64,000 nt of DNA, from positions 416,001 to 480,000 of the forward strand of contig CAZNTG010000006.1 of the NCBI GenBank assembly GCA_964575955.1, written 5' to 3'. The notes under the pieces are model-generated. The model made no database searches. It was not told the origin of the DNA and worked only from the letters and a program-made list of their open reading frames with translations. Source of the stretch: an uncultured Thermoproteaceae archaeon. Its GTDB lineage: Archaea > Thermoproteota > Thermoprotei > Thermoproteales > Thermocladiaceae. The translations under genes and the position numbers were made by a program. Positions 10,672 through 21,171 of this stretch are shown here, in pieces. Position 1 is the first letter of the stretch. Each line of letters opens with the position of its first letter.

Positions 10672-11391
10672 GTGGTTTCTGTGCATCCTACATATTCTCT
10701 CTACTTTACTGTTGGTTTCTCACCTGAGTTTATAGTACCCAGATTATTGTCATTCAAGTCGAAGGATATTGACCAGGTTTGGCTTGTTAGAATTAGGACG
10801 GGTCGTTCTGAAGACAGAAAGTCGGAGTACGCTGCTCTGTTGGTGAAACAAGCGTTAAGTCTTAGCATAAAAGTTGGCGAGATTGTGCTTGATTCTCTAG
10901 ATGTTACATCCATGCTATGTACACTTTCAGAACATATGTTAGATAGAGTTATGCAAGGTCAAGGTCTTCTTGTAAATGTTAGTGGTGGTCCACGTATTTT
11001 ATCTATAGTCACCTTGCTATCTGCTGTCATAGTTAAGGCATTATCTGGATCTTCGTATGTAGATATTGAGATAGTACCTGAATATGCAGTTGATAAGGGT
11101 TATACTATAGACTTAACCTCACTTACTGAAGCATTTGTACATGGTCTTGAATATATCATTAGGAAAATTAGACAGACTAGACTTAAAGACATTCTATTGG
11201 CAGCTTCTGAAGATGGTAAGATAACTACTCGATATCTAGCAGATATTCTAAATATTAAAGAGAGTACTGTAAGTAATTACTTATACGAACTTGTTCAATA
11301 CGACCTAGTGAAGTCTATACAGAAGGGTATTTACGAATTAACACCTATAGGTAAGGTTCTATCTAAATTACTGAAGAAGTTGCACAGTTAG
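10672..11391 (+). CDS. csa3: CARF-HTH regulator Csa3
   Basis: TVGFSPEF and NVSGGPR CARF motifs with a C-terminal winged HTH; divergent from Cascade. Confidence 0.9.
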   Translation: MVSVHPTYSLYFTVGFSPEFIVPRLLSFKSKDIDQVWLVRIRTGRSEDRKSEYAALLVKQALSLSIKVGEIVLDSLDVTSMLCTLSEHMLDRVMQGQGLLVNVSGGPRILSIVTLLSAVIVKALSGSSYVDIEIVPEYAVDKGYTIDLTSLTEAFVHGLEYIIRKIRQTRLKDILLAASEDGKITTRYLADILNIKESTVSNYLYELVQYDLVKSIQKGIYELTPIGKVLSKLLKKLHS

Positions 11392-11400
11392 ATCTATACA

Positions 11401-12258
11401 ATGAGTACCTACATAGTTGTTGTAAGAATATACTTAACACCGAAACATGATATCATATTGACAAACTTTACAGGAACTGTAGTTGAATCCTTTTTACTAA
11501 AGTTAATTGATAATGTCGAACCAGGACTTAGTGATAAACTTCACAATACTAGAGGTCCTAAGCCATTCTCTGTAACTCCCTTCTTCATAGGTAAAAAGCC
11601 TATAATAGGCATCAAACCAGTGCATGTACAAGCAGGTTCAAAATTGTGGTTTAGAATCTCGATTATAGGTGATCTAGCTATTAGAGCTATTCCACAATTT
11701 CTGGACCTGATAGATAAAGAAGTGACATTTTTTAAAAATAGCATAAAGCTCATAGTCGAGAATGTGGAAGTTGATATAGTTGACATTAACACACTATTTA
11801 ACAATGATGTGAATTATAAAGCATTTAAAATTAATTTTTTAACACCTACAAGATTTGCATTAAGAAGACCGAGAAGATCTAAAAGAGCTAGATTTTGCTT
11901 TTGTCCAGATGCTTGGAGAATTATTAAGTCAAGTCTTAAACATTGGAGATACTTCACTAACATACACATATCTGACAAGGTAATACAATGGGCTTACCAA
12001 TATGTAATACTTGCCGACTTTGGACCTTTTAGAGGTGTTAAATCTAACGTAATCACCGTTAGATTACCTAGAGGAGGTATTGCAAGAGGTTACGTGGGAT
12101 TTGCACTTTACCAAATACTTGGACGTAGAAGATTAAGTGAATTTTGGGCTCTGATAAGATATGCAGAGCTTATGAATGTAGGTACTGGTAGGAGTATGGG
12201 TCTAGGTGTCATTAGTGTTAAAAAGCTTGAGTGTAGGAAAGTTAAAACGACATCTTAA
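11401..12258 (+). CDS. cas6: crRNA-processing endoribonuclease Cas6
   Basis: LH...KPFSVTP, FLTPT, C-terminal NVGTGRSMGLG glycine-rich loop. Confidence 0.95.
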   Translation: MSTYIVVVRIYLTPKHDIILTNFTGTVVESFLLKLIDNVEPGLSDKLHNTRGPKPFSVTPFFIGKKPIIGIKPVHVQAGSKLWFRISIIGDLAIRAIPQFLDLIDKEVTFFKNSIKLIVENVEVDIVDINTLFNNDVNYKAFKINFLTPTRFALRRPRRSKRARFCFCPDAWRIIKSSLKHWRYFTNIHISDKVIQWAYQYVILADFGPFRGVKSNVITVRLPRGGIARGYVGFALYQILGRRRLSEFWALIRYAELMNVGTGRSMGLGVISVKKLECRKVKTTS

Positions 12259-12868
12259 CACAATATTTTCTAAACCAACAATTAGCACATTTCCATGTAC
12301 TAGCTGCTCTTCTAGGTATATCTCCATAAATTAAACACTTTCTCAATTTCTCTATCTCATCTATAACTAGCTTCTTCAAATCTTCAGTTATATCTACACG
12401 TACAAGCTTGTCAGACTTAACATAGTACAGATATCCTTCACAAACAGCTCTTCTAAACATCTCCTCAAGACATAATGCATATGCTGTTAATTGAGCTTTA
12501 TGATGAATAGGTATATCCCTACTACCCAACATACTTAACTTAATCTCTATTGGTATTGGAATACCATTACGAAATATTAACATATCTAGAATACCTTTAA
12601 TACGAAACTTCTCACAATACACAAATACTTTCGAGACCTTTCTATCATATTTAAACCTTCTATAGAACAAGGTCTTTCTAAACTCCTCATAATTAATTAA
12701 ACTATTATGAAGATCTCTACCCTCAATTACATATTCAAACGGAGGTTCAGACATACCTAAAACATACCTAAAATAGACATATCTAGGACAATAAAACCAC
12801 TGTTTAATAAGAGAAATATCTATATAAGACTGATCACTCAATACAGGATCAGACACAGAATATGACAT
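12242..12868 (-). CDS. cas4: CRISPR-associated Cas4
   Basis: FYCPR, GILD..PIEIK, QLTAYA, CANCWFRKYC. Confidence 0.95.
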   Translation of the reverse strand: MSYSVSDPVLSDQSYIDISLIKQWFYCPRYVYFRYVLGMSEPPFEYVIEGRDLHNSLINYEEFRKTLFYRRFKYDRKVSKVFVYCEKFRIKGILDMLIFRNGIPIPIEIKLSMLGSRDIPIHHKAQLTAYALCLEEMFRRAVCEGYLYYVKSDKLVRVDITEDLKKLVIDEIEKLRKCLIYGDIPRRAASTWKCANCWFRKYCVKMSF

Positions 12869-12947
12869 CTATCTGAATATCTATAAACACTACCAGATTT
12901 AACATTTTCGAAAAAATTCGAAAGATAATTCACACATCCTCATCTTA

Positions 12948-13022
12948 TGGTGGGCCCGCCGGGATTCGAACCCGGGATCACCCGCGCGTCAGGCGGGCAT
13001 CCTGCCGCTAGACTACGGGCCC
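12948..13022 (-). tRNA. tRNA-Val(GAC), CCA encoded
   Basis: Reverse complement folds as a cloverleaf: GGGCCCG acceptor, CCCGC-CTGACGC-GCGGG anticodon arm, GTTCGAATC T loop, ACCA end. Confidence 0.97.
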
Positions 13023-13088
13023 TTCTCTATCCAACACATGGACTAAACCTATTTTTATTTGTTTCTTCACGTATTACCATTCTCAGAG

Positions 13089-14743
13089 CTTTCAATCCTC
13101 TTATAGAGATTCTTACAATCCAAATGTGCATAAATGTACGATAGTGCACATGAATTTTCAATCCTCTTATAGAGATTCCAAGTACAAACACAAAAGAAGA
13201 AGTACAGAGTATACGGAGAAGTACTTTCAATCCTCTTATAGAGATTCAACTTTTCTATGACGTTACTGTCAGCTAGCTGTACATATATCTTTCAATCCTC
13301 TTATAGAGATTCAGAATGCTACTGCCATCAGGGCTCTTACTTCATAGTAATAACTCTTTCAATCCTCTTATAGAGATTCCAGGACTTTTCTCAAGAACCC
13401 TCCTGAGCTCCTGCACCAGCATCCTTTCAATCCTCTTATAGAGATTCCGTACCTCATGTTCAGGCAGCCTCGTTGCTCTCCTAATGCTCTCCTTTCAATC
13501 CTCTTATAGAGATTCCATCTTTATGACATTAGCATTCTACATTATACCTTTATTAACATTCTTTCAATCCTCTTATAGAGATTCCTCTCAGGAACATCAA
13601 TAGCAACACCAGCAGTCGCTGGAGTACCTTTCAATCCTCTTATAGAGATTCTATGTTGCTTCATTTTGCTAGCGATTTTCTAGAAAATGTATTACCTTTC
13701 AATCCTCTTATAGAGATTCGATGGGAAAATGAGGACATTTGTAAAGATAAGAAACCTGAACAGTTTTCTTTCAATCCTCTTATAGAGATTCCTCTTGAGA
13801 ACCCAACCATAGACATACTCGTCATTGTACATTCTTTCAATCCTCTTATAGAGATTCGAGGCATGGGCAAGCGTGAGGAGGGCCTTGAGCCTAATCTTGA
13901 AGTACTCTTTCAATCCTCTTATAGAGATTCCAGTGTACCGCTAGGATTTGAAATATTCATAGTTGAGAAGAAGAACTTTCAATCCTCTTATAGAGATTCA
14001 AGATTTCCTATGAATAGGAGAAACTTTCTCATAAATGTTCCAAGCTTTCAATCCTCTTATAGAGATTCTCTCAATTAATCTACCTAGACTTGCACTTTTG
14101 TGCTTGAGATACTTTCAATCCTCTTATAGAGATTCTCTTTCTCTGTCTTCTATCTTATAGTTGTACCCCCATGAAAATGCTTTCAATCCTCTTATAGAGA
14201 TTCATCATTTAAAATATATGATTTTTAAAAATATTCGTGATGAGGATCTTTCAATCCTCTTATAGAGATTCTTGATGCAGGATGAAAAACTTTGGACATC
14301 AGAGATTGATATTGACTTTCAATCCTCTTATAGAGATTCTCTATATAAAATGTTTCTATTGCTATACATTCTATTAATATTGCCTTTCAATCCTCTTATA
14401 GAGATTCTCTGGATCAGTTAAGATATCTAATAAATTTCAATCAATTTTTAACTTTCAATCCTCTTATAGAGATTCGTGTAGAGGTAGGAGGATAGTCGTG
14501 TATAGACCAACACTATTCACCTTTCAATCCTCTTATAGAGATTCAAGAACGTCGTTAGAAATCGTAACACCGTCAAGAGTTGTGCACTTTCAATCCTCTT
14601 ATAGAGATTCAAAGCAATAATGTTGACAAAATTTAAGAAACCTAGTATCTGTCTTTCAATCCTCTTATAGAGATTCGGGAACATTTACCTGATTGGTTAA
14701 AAAATGCTTTTGAATATATCTTTCAATCCTCTTATAGAGATTC
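13089..14743 (-). CRISPR. CRISPR array 2, 25 repeats, 24 spacers; repeat GAATCTCTATAAGAGGATTGAAAG
   Basis: CTTTCAATCCTCTTATAGAGATTC from 13089 to 14720; the copy at 13155 has C>T at its first base, near the presumed trailer end. Confidence 0.99.
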
Positions 14744-14880
14744 GGTTTCTCCTGATTCTCTTTTTGTTCTGTGATTCTTTCTTACTGGTAGTTTTATGCG
14801 TTATCCTTTGGAACACTTACTTTATTACTTTACCGATTATCATCGTGTTCTCATGGTCTATTGTTGAGGATATTCGATAT
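14744..14880 (-). promoter_or_regulatory. Leader of array 2
   Basis: AT-rich non-coding DNA next to the last repeat; extent approximate. Confidence 0.6.
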
Positions 14881-15491
14881 TGTTGAGACAAGATATATCT
14901 ATCCTTATGTAGTGTGATGACACGACAATCGATGTTAGCCTTGTAAAGCGATGGTCTTAGAGTTCTCATCGTATGAATTTGCTATGTTTTAGGCATTCTC
15001 GAATTAGGCTTTGTGTAGAGGAGTAAGGTTGACATTTCTTGCTTATTCCATTTAGTTGTTGTTAGTCTTTGCTGTAGGTAGCGCTATTTCAATTACAAAT
15101 CCTGAGTGAGGAGGAGTAAAAATCTTATCATGAGACCTTACTACTTTAATATCCATGTGCACTAATATCTACATCTATGTCCTTAGAGAAGAAATGTCGA
15201 ACACGAGATCTAGATGTGAACAGAGTTAAGGAACTTGCAAAATTAATAGCTAAACACTATCTTAGAGAAGAGAGATATTCCATCACTGATCGTCTTGTAG
15301 TATCTCCTTTAGCATTATGTTTTTTGTCTCTTAGATTTTAATTTTCTGTTCTCTATCTCCTATTTAGGGATAGGCATGGAGAGCTTGTTGTGGAGAGTTT
15401 TTCAGTGCTGACCGCGGTCTTCATTTTTCAGTACGTCGTAGGTTCATCATTTGGGTTTTGTTTATTTATTTCTTATTTCTCTTTTTCTTGT

Positions 15492-16055
15492 ATGTGGTGT
15501 GTCTTGGTTGTTGATATGTTGTATGAGTTTGTTTATGGTAGGCTTAGTTCTCCTTCTGCTAGGTCTATTGTTTCTAATGTTGTTAAGATTGTTGATTGTG
15601 CACGTAGTTTAGCTATTCCTATTGTTCATCTTGTTGATTCTCATCTCCCTGTTGATTTAGAGGTTAGGAAGATTTGGGGTCCACATGCTATGAAGGGTTC
15701 TCCAGAGGCTGCTATTATTCCTGAGCTTAAACCGAGTAGTGATAGGGAGTTTGTTCTTGAGAAGAGGTGGTATAGTGGTTTTAGAGGTACAGGACTTAAT
15801 CAACTTCTAAGAGATTTATCTATTAGTAAGGTTGTGATTACAGGTATTGCAACTAACATATGTGTTCTACATACAGTATGTGATGCAGTTTATGAGAGAT
15901 ATGATGTATATGTTGTTAAAGATGCAACAGCTGCAATACCAATAATTTTTGAAGATTCTGAGAAAGAACATGAAGCATTTATAAAATATATGGAGAAAGT
16001 CTATAAAGCAAATATTGTAAATACAGAAGAGATATTAAAGATGTTTAAAAGCTAA
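15492..16055 (+). CDS. Isochorismatase/nicotinamidase family cysteine hydrolase
   Basis: VVDML..F, DSH, WGPHA, KRWYSGF, GIATNICVLHT; ATG 15492 preferred. Confidence 0.9.
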   Translation: MWCVLVVDMLYEFVYGRLSSPSARSIVSNVVKIVDCARSLAIPIVHLVDSHLPVDLEVRKIWGPHAMKGSPEAAIIPELKPSSDREFVLEKRWYSGFRGTGLNQLLRDLSISKVVITGIATNICVLHTVCDAVYERYDVYVVKDATAAIPIIFEDSEKEHEAFIKYMEKVYKANIVNTEEILKMFKS

Positions 16056-16061
16056 ATCTAT

Positions 16062-16853
16062 ATGAGTTTAGAAGATTGGAGAGAGATTTTAAAGATTGAA
16101 ATACCTGAAAATCATCCAAGAAGAAGAAGTTTACTAATACGTGAAAAACTTGTACAAGGATTTTTAGATGGGTATGTAGTTCCTCAAGGATTAATAGCTC
16201 ACGGTAGAGGTGAGGCTTTTGACTACATAATTGGTGAAGAAACTACACAATATGCATTAGAAGCAATAAAGGCAGGTGTAGCATCACTACTTTTAGCTAA
16301 ACATCCTGTAATATCTATAAATGGTAATGTTGCTGCACTATGTATAGAAGATGTTGTAGAACTTGCAAAAGAGGTAAATGCTAAAATTGAGATAAACCTA
16401 TTCTACAGAACTTGGAGTAGAATTGGAAAAATTGCAAATATAGTTAGAAAATTTGGAATTGAACCACTTGGAGCAGATGAAGAACATATATGTACAATAC
16501 CTGAACTACATAGTGAACGTAGAAAAGTAGATTGTAGAGGAATATACATAGCAGATGTAGTACTAGTAGCAATTGAAGATGGAGATAGAACAGAAGCATT
16601 AAAGAAGATGGGTAAGAAAGTCATAGCAATAGACCTAAATCCACTATCAAGAACTGCACAATATGCAGATATAACAATAGTTGACAATGTTGTTCGAGCT
16701 ATACCAAAAATGGTAGAGATAGCTAGAGAATTTAAAAAATTATCAAGACAAGAACTTGAGAATATAGTTAAGAAATTCGATAATAAGAAAAATATTAAAG
16801 AAATGTTAAAGTATATGGCTAATAGATTGATAAGTCTAGCTAGACAAGAATAA
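16062..16853 (+). CDS. Archaeal phosphopantothenate synthetase
   Basis: GLIAHGRGEAFDY, EDGDRTEAL, IDLNPLSRT signature motifs. Confidence 0.93.
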   Translation: MSLEDWREILKIEIPENHPRRRSLLIREKLVQGFLDGYVVPQGLIAHGRGEAFDYIIGEETTQYALEAIKAGVASLLLAKHPVISINGNVAALCIEDVVELAKEVNAKIEINLFYRTWSRIGKIANIVRKFGIEPLGADEEHICTIPELHSERRKVDCRGIYIADVVLVAIEDGDRTEALKKMGKKVIAIDLNPLSRTAQYADITIVDNVVRAIPKMVEIAREFKKLSRQELENIVKKFDNKKNIKEMLKYMANRLISLARQE

Positions 16854-16863
16854 ATCTTAGAGA

Positions 16864-18711
16864 TTAATCATGTACGTATCTAACTAAAACTTTCTCACTA
16901 TCTTTATGAATTATCTTAACAAAACCATATCTAAATATCTGTACTATACTACCAACATTAACATCTATAATATTCTTCTCAACATATCCATACTCTCTCT
17001 CAAACTCTCTCGATGTTAATGGTGTTTTATCAACTCTCTCAACAATAATTTCAATCTTATCTCTATATGGAACCCATTGGATTATATCTAATCTCAATTT
17101 TCTAGCAGTATCGAGACTATAATCTACAAGTTTTGTAATTATCTTACCATCTCTCTCACCTACATATTCAACATTCATCAACTCCATCAATCTAACTTTA
17201 CCATTTCTCTTCAATAGTTCAACATCTCTTCTAGATATGTAAAGTCTTGCCTTACCATTCTCAACAGGAATCTCTATTCTTCTCTTACCTCTATCTGGAT
17301 AAGATGGATGGTAAGGTATTTCAGTAATTAGTAAATCTTTATCGATACCTTCAATCTCTATCAATACTGGATCTATAACTGCTAGATATCTATTAGCTCT
17401 CTCATCTAGATATTTCCTATTTATTGAATATAGATTTGCTAAACTAATTTTAGCATCTGTAGACTTAATACCAACATTTAACATTATTTCCCAAATAGCT
17501 TCTGGAAGTATTCCACGTTCTCTTAAACCTGATAGTGTTGGTAATCTAGGATCATCATACTTCAAACCAAGTTCTTTAAGTTTAGATTTACTCAATGTAG
17601 CACCTTCAATATGTAATCTTCCAAAATGTATTGTTTCAGGTTGTTCCCATCCAAGATATTTAAATATGTATGACTGTTTTATAGTATTTACACGATGTTC
17701 CTGTGCTCTTAATACATGTGTAATATTCATGAAATGATCATCAACAGCAACAGCAAAGTTATATGTTGGCCAAACTTTAAACTTCTCAGCAAAATTTTCA
17801 CCATACTTCAACACAAGTCTTGGATGTGGTGTATCCACAATTCTCAAGGCAACCCAATCACGTACTGATGGATCAGGATGAGACATGTCAGTCTTTATTC
17901 TAACAACAGCTTTACCTTCACTAAACTCTCCATTTAACATCTTTTCAAAAAGTTCTAAATTATCTTCAACACTTCTAGATCTACAAGGACATTCTCTCTT
18001 CAAATCTCTATAATTTCTCCAAACATCTTCAGGACATGTACATACATATGCATTTCCACTCTCTATAAGTTTCTTAGCAATATTGTAGTATAAACCTTCA
18101 ACAACTCTATCACTCTGTATATACACTGCATCAGGCTTAATACCAAGCCACTCAAGATCATCTATAATAAATTTATACTCTAACAGCTCTCTCTCACTAT
18201 ACCTCTCTCTAACATATGGATCATCTATGAATGGTCTCTTAATCTTAGGGTCAGTATCTTCAAAACGAAGAATAAACCTACTCTCCTTACCTAACCTCTC
18301 ATACTTCAACTTATACGCATAGTTAAGTATGGCTGGTCTAGCATTACCGAGCGTAAGTACAAAATCTGGATTTGGTGCAAATCTCAAAACTATACTACCA
18401 TACTTATAGTCATTTGGTAAAGGTGGTAAAGTCTCAATATCTTTCCTAACTTCCTCTCTCTTCTCTTCGAGAAGTTCAGGCCATCTCTCTCTCAAAATTT
18501 TCAACTGTTCTTCAAGAGTTAGAGAGTTTACATAGTTAACAACATCTTCAACTATACTCAAGACATTTCGTGCTATTTTTCTCAAATCTTTACGTTCAGC
18601 CATTATTTTAGACATAACAGCATTTTTGTTAGCCTTACCACCATACTTCACAGCATTAGCTAGTGCGTATTTCAATGCTAATTCTCTAATCTCAACATCA
18701 CTAATAGTCAT
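16864..18711 (-). CDS. gltX: Glutamate--tRNA ligase
   Basis: RFAPNP, LRFEDTDP, PTYNFAVAVDD, LSKS; archaeal N-terminal domain. Confidence 0.97.
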   Translation of the reverse strand: MTISDVEIRELALKYALANAVKYGGKANKNAVMSKIMAERKDLRKIARNVLSIVEDVVNYVNSLTLEEQLKILRERWPELLEEKREEVRKDIETLPPLPNDYKYGSIVLRFAPNPDFVLTLGNARPAILNYAYKLKYERLGKESRFILRFEDTDPKIKRPFIDDPYVRERYSERELLEYKFIIDDLEWLGIKPDAVYIQSDRVVEGLYYNIAKKLIESGNAYVCTCPEDVWRNYRDLKRECPCRSRSVEDNLELFEKMLNGEFSEGKAVVRIKTDMSHPDPSVRDWVALRIVDTPHPRLVLKYGENFAEKFKVWPTYNFAVAVDDHFMNITHVLRAQEHRVNTIKQSYIFKYLGWEQPETIHFGRLHIEGATLSKSKLKELGLKYDDPRLPTLSGLRERGILPEAIWEIMLNVGIKSTDAKISLANLYSINRKYLDERANRYLAVIDPVLIEIEGIDKDLLITEIPYHPSYPDRGKRRIEIPVENGKARLYISRRDVELLKRNGKVRLMELMNVEYVGERDGKIITKLVDYSLDTARKLRLDIIQWVPYRDKIEIIVERVDKTPLTSREFEREYGYVEKNIIDVNVGSIVQIFRYGFVKIIHKDSEKVLVRYVHD

Positions 18712-18773
18712 ATACGTGTTAACAAGTGTAAATACCTTAATAAACCATATCTAATTTTCAAAATTTCATAATT

Positions 18774-19250
18774 ATGAAACTTGAGAAATATGTAAGACAT
18801 ATCAACAATGTGAATACTAACCTCATGAATATTTTAGAAAAATTTAGAAACATGGCTAGAAGTGTGGTATGTAGAGGTAGTAAGTTGATTATGAATGTTG
18901 ATAAAGATAAGATTAGAAATGTTGTAGATGTATTAAATAGTGAAGGTTTTGACACAATACTCTCAATAACTGTTGTAGATATTCCTGATAGGAACATGTT
19001 TATAATTAGATACATATTTTCAAAAAGGGTATTAGATAACTATCCAATTAGGAGAGTTATAGTTCAAACATATGTTAGTAGAGATAGACCTGAGATAGAT
19101 AGTATTAGTGATATCTACCCATTTGCTAACTATCTAGAACGTGAATGTTATGAGATGTTTGGTGTAAGATTTATTGGAAATGATAGATGTAGAGGAACAT
19201 TCTTTCTAGACAAATCTCTAGAGGGTAAGTTTCCTCTTAGGAAAATATGA
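18774..19250 (+). CDS. nuoC: Complex I-like subunit C (NuoC family)
   Basis: SISDIYPFANYLERECYEMFGV and FPLRK motifs. Confidence 0.8.
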   Translation: MKLEKYVRHINNVNTNLMNILEKFRNMARSVVCRGSKLIMNVDKDKIRNVVDVLNSEGFDTILSITVVDIPDRNMFIIRYIFSKRVLDNYPIRRVIVQTYVSRDRPEIDSISDIYPFANYLERECYEMFGVRFIGNDRCRGTFFLDKSLEGKFPLRKI

Positions 19251-20218
19251 TACCTACAAAACTCATAGCTACATTGATAGTTCCAGGACTTGGTGCTGCA
19301 TTTATATTTGCACTACTCTTAGTATGGCTTGAGAGGAAGTTAACAGCATTAATACAACATAGATATGGACCACTACGTGTAAGTCCTCTTGAAGGTATAT
19401 TACAGCCAATTGCAGATTTTATAAAACTTCTAATATCTGAAATAATAATTCCTGAAGAGAGTATTAAGATATTGTTTATACTCCTACCTGTAGTATTTAA
19501 TATAGTTGTACTACTATGCATAGCCTATATACCTGCAACATCGACATTATACATAGCTAGGTCAAGTATTAGTCTTATAATAGTGCTATTCTTACTCTTG
19601 CTAGCCTCTACCATAGTTGCAATTATTGGATGGTCTGCAACTGACAAGTTTACATATGTTGGTGCTGTTAGAGAGGTACTTCAATCATTATCATATGAGA
19701 TACCTCTCATAATAGTGTTTGCAAGTATTGCAATAATATGTAAGAGCTTTGATATATATAGCATAGTTCTATACCAGAAGAATATACCAATAGCATTACT
19801 AGACCCACCTGCATTTATAGTATTCTTCATATGTTCACTAATGGCTACAAGTAGATTTCCATTTGAAGTTCCTGAAGCTGAGACTGAGATAGTTTTTGGA
19901 CCATATACAGAGTATTCAGGTATTCTATTTGCACTATCATTCTTAGGAATATACTTGAAGATTTATGTATATAGTCTACTTGCATCATGCCTATTTCTAG
20001 GTGGGTGGTTTGGACCTTTATCAAGTTTAGAACCTCTACAACTATTTTGGACATATCTAAAAGCTGGAATATATGCTATAGTCATGGTTCTTACACGTGC
20101 TGCATATCCTAGACTACGTATTGATCAAGTACTTAAGATTGGTCTTGGTAAGTTGACAATTTTAGCTATATGTGCACTAGTGATAGCTATAGTTGTTAGA
20201 ATATTCATTCCAAGATGA
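19247..20218 (+). CDS. nuoH: Complex I-like subunit H
   Basis: ERKLTALIQHRYGP, QPIADFIKL, PFEVPEAETE, PRLRIDQ; multiple transmembrane segments. Confidence 0.92.
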   Translation: MIPTKLIATLIVPGLGAAFIFALLLVWLERKLTALIQHRYGPLRVSPLEGILQPIADFIKLLISEIIIPEESIKILFILLPVVFNIVVLLCIAYIPATSTLYIARSSISLIIVLFLLLLASTIVAIIGWSATDKFTYVGAVREVLQSLSYEIPLIIVFASIAIICKSFDIYSIVLYQKNIPIALLDPPAFIVFFICSLMATSRFPFEVPEAETEIVFGPYTEYSGILFALSFLGIYLKIYVYSLLASCLFLGGWFGPLSSLEPLQLFWTYLKAGIYAIVMVLTRAAYPRLRIDQVLKIGLGKLTILAICALVIAIVVRIFIPR

Positions 20219-20256
20219 GCATATTTATTAGCTAGATCTTCCAAAGATTAGCTAGT

Positions 20257-21171
20257 ATGGAGATTAAACTACTAGCATTTGACAGTTTTGGTGTTAGATC
20301 TATGTCAACATTCATACAGACTAGAGATGTCCTTATACATATTGATCCTGCAGTCTCACTCGCACCACAGAGATATAAACTTCCTCCACATAGGAGAGAG
20401 GTTGAAAGATTGCTCGAGTGTGCTAGAGAAATTGAAAAACATGCAAGAGATGCTGAAATAATAATAGTGACACACTACCACTACGATCATCATGATCCAG
20501 GTAAGCTAATTCCAATTGAAATATATAGAAATAAGATAGTCTACATAAAAGATCCACAAAACAAGATTAATAGAAGTCAAATGCAAAGAGCTTCAAGATT
20601 TCTATCATTAGTAAAACAGGTTGCTAAAGAGATAAAAATTGCTGAAGGAAGTGTTATAACTATAGGTAGGACAACTATAAAGATATCTCAGGCAGTACCT
20701 CACGGTGTTAATGATAGATTAGGATATGTTGTTGAAGTATCTATACATGATGGTGAAATGAAAATTCTATACACATCAGATGTTGAAGGTCCACCACTAG
20801 AAGAGCAGGTAAAGTATATACTTGAAGAGAAGCCTGACATAGTGATACTTGATGGACCTATGACATATATGCTAGGTTTTAGATATAGTAAAAAAGCACT
20901 TGAAGCAAGTATACAAAATATTAAGAAGATTATTGATATCGGTGTCAAAACTATAGTAATAGATCACCACTTCATGAGAGATATAAAGTATAGAGAGAGA
21001 CTTGGAGATGTGTATAAATATGCTGAAGAGAGAGGTGTTAAAGTTATGTGTGCTGCAGAATTTATGAATAGACCAATAGAGATGCTTGAAGCACTTAGAG
21101 ATAAGCTATATCAGGAGGAGAATGCTCCTGGAAATATTCCTGAAAATATTAAAGAAATTCTCGAAGAGTAA
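20257..21171 (+). CDS. Metallo-beta-lactamase fold hydrolase (UPF0282-like)
   Basis: DSFGVRSM, THYHYDHH, PHG, DHH. Confidence 0.88.
   Translation: MEIKLLAFDSFGVRSMSTFIQTRDVLIHIDPAVSLAPQRYKLPPHRREVERLLECAREIEKHARDAEIIIVTHYHYDHHDPGKLIPIEIYRNKIVYIKDPQNKINRSQMQRASRFLSLVKQVAKEIKIAEGSVITIGRTTIKISQAVPHGVNDRLGYVVEVSIHDGEMKILYTSDVEGPPLEEQVKYILEEKPDIVILDGPMTYMLGFRYSKKALEASIQNIKKIIDIGVKTIVIDHHFMRDIKYRERLGDVYKYAEERGVKVMCAAEFMNRPIEMLEALRDKLYQEENAPGNIPENIKEILEE

Noticed and set aside
1736-12868. Two cas4-like genes and split cas3 as a novelty
   Set aside because: Standard for type I-A systems
13022-13046. Possible degenerate terminal repeat one unit beyond 13089
   Set aside because: Only CTT..T..ATCC resembles the repeat; the region is better explained as the tRNA promoter and leader
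12947-13144. 65-aa ORF MVGPPGFEPG...
   Set aside because: Antisense translation of tRNA-Val
1-14743. Self-targeting spacers, or an att duplicate of either tRNA, within the window
   Set aside because: None noticed by eye; not an exhaustive search, and no integrase or transposase ORF was recognised
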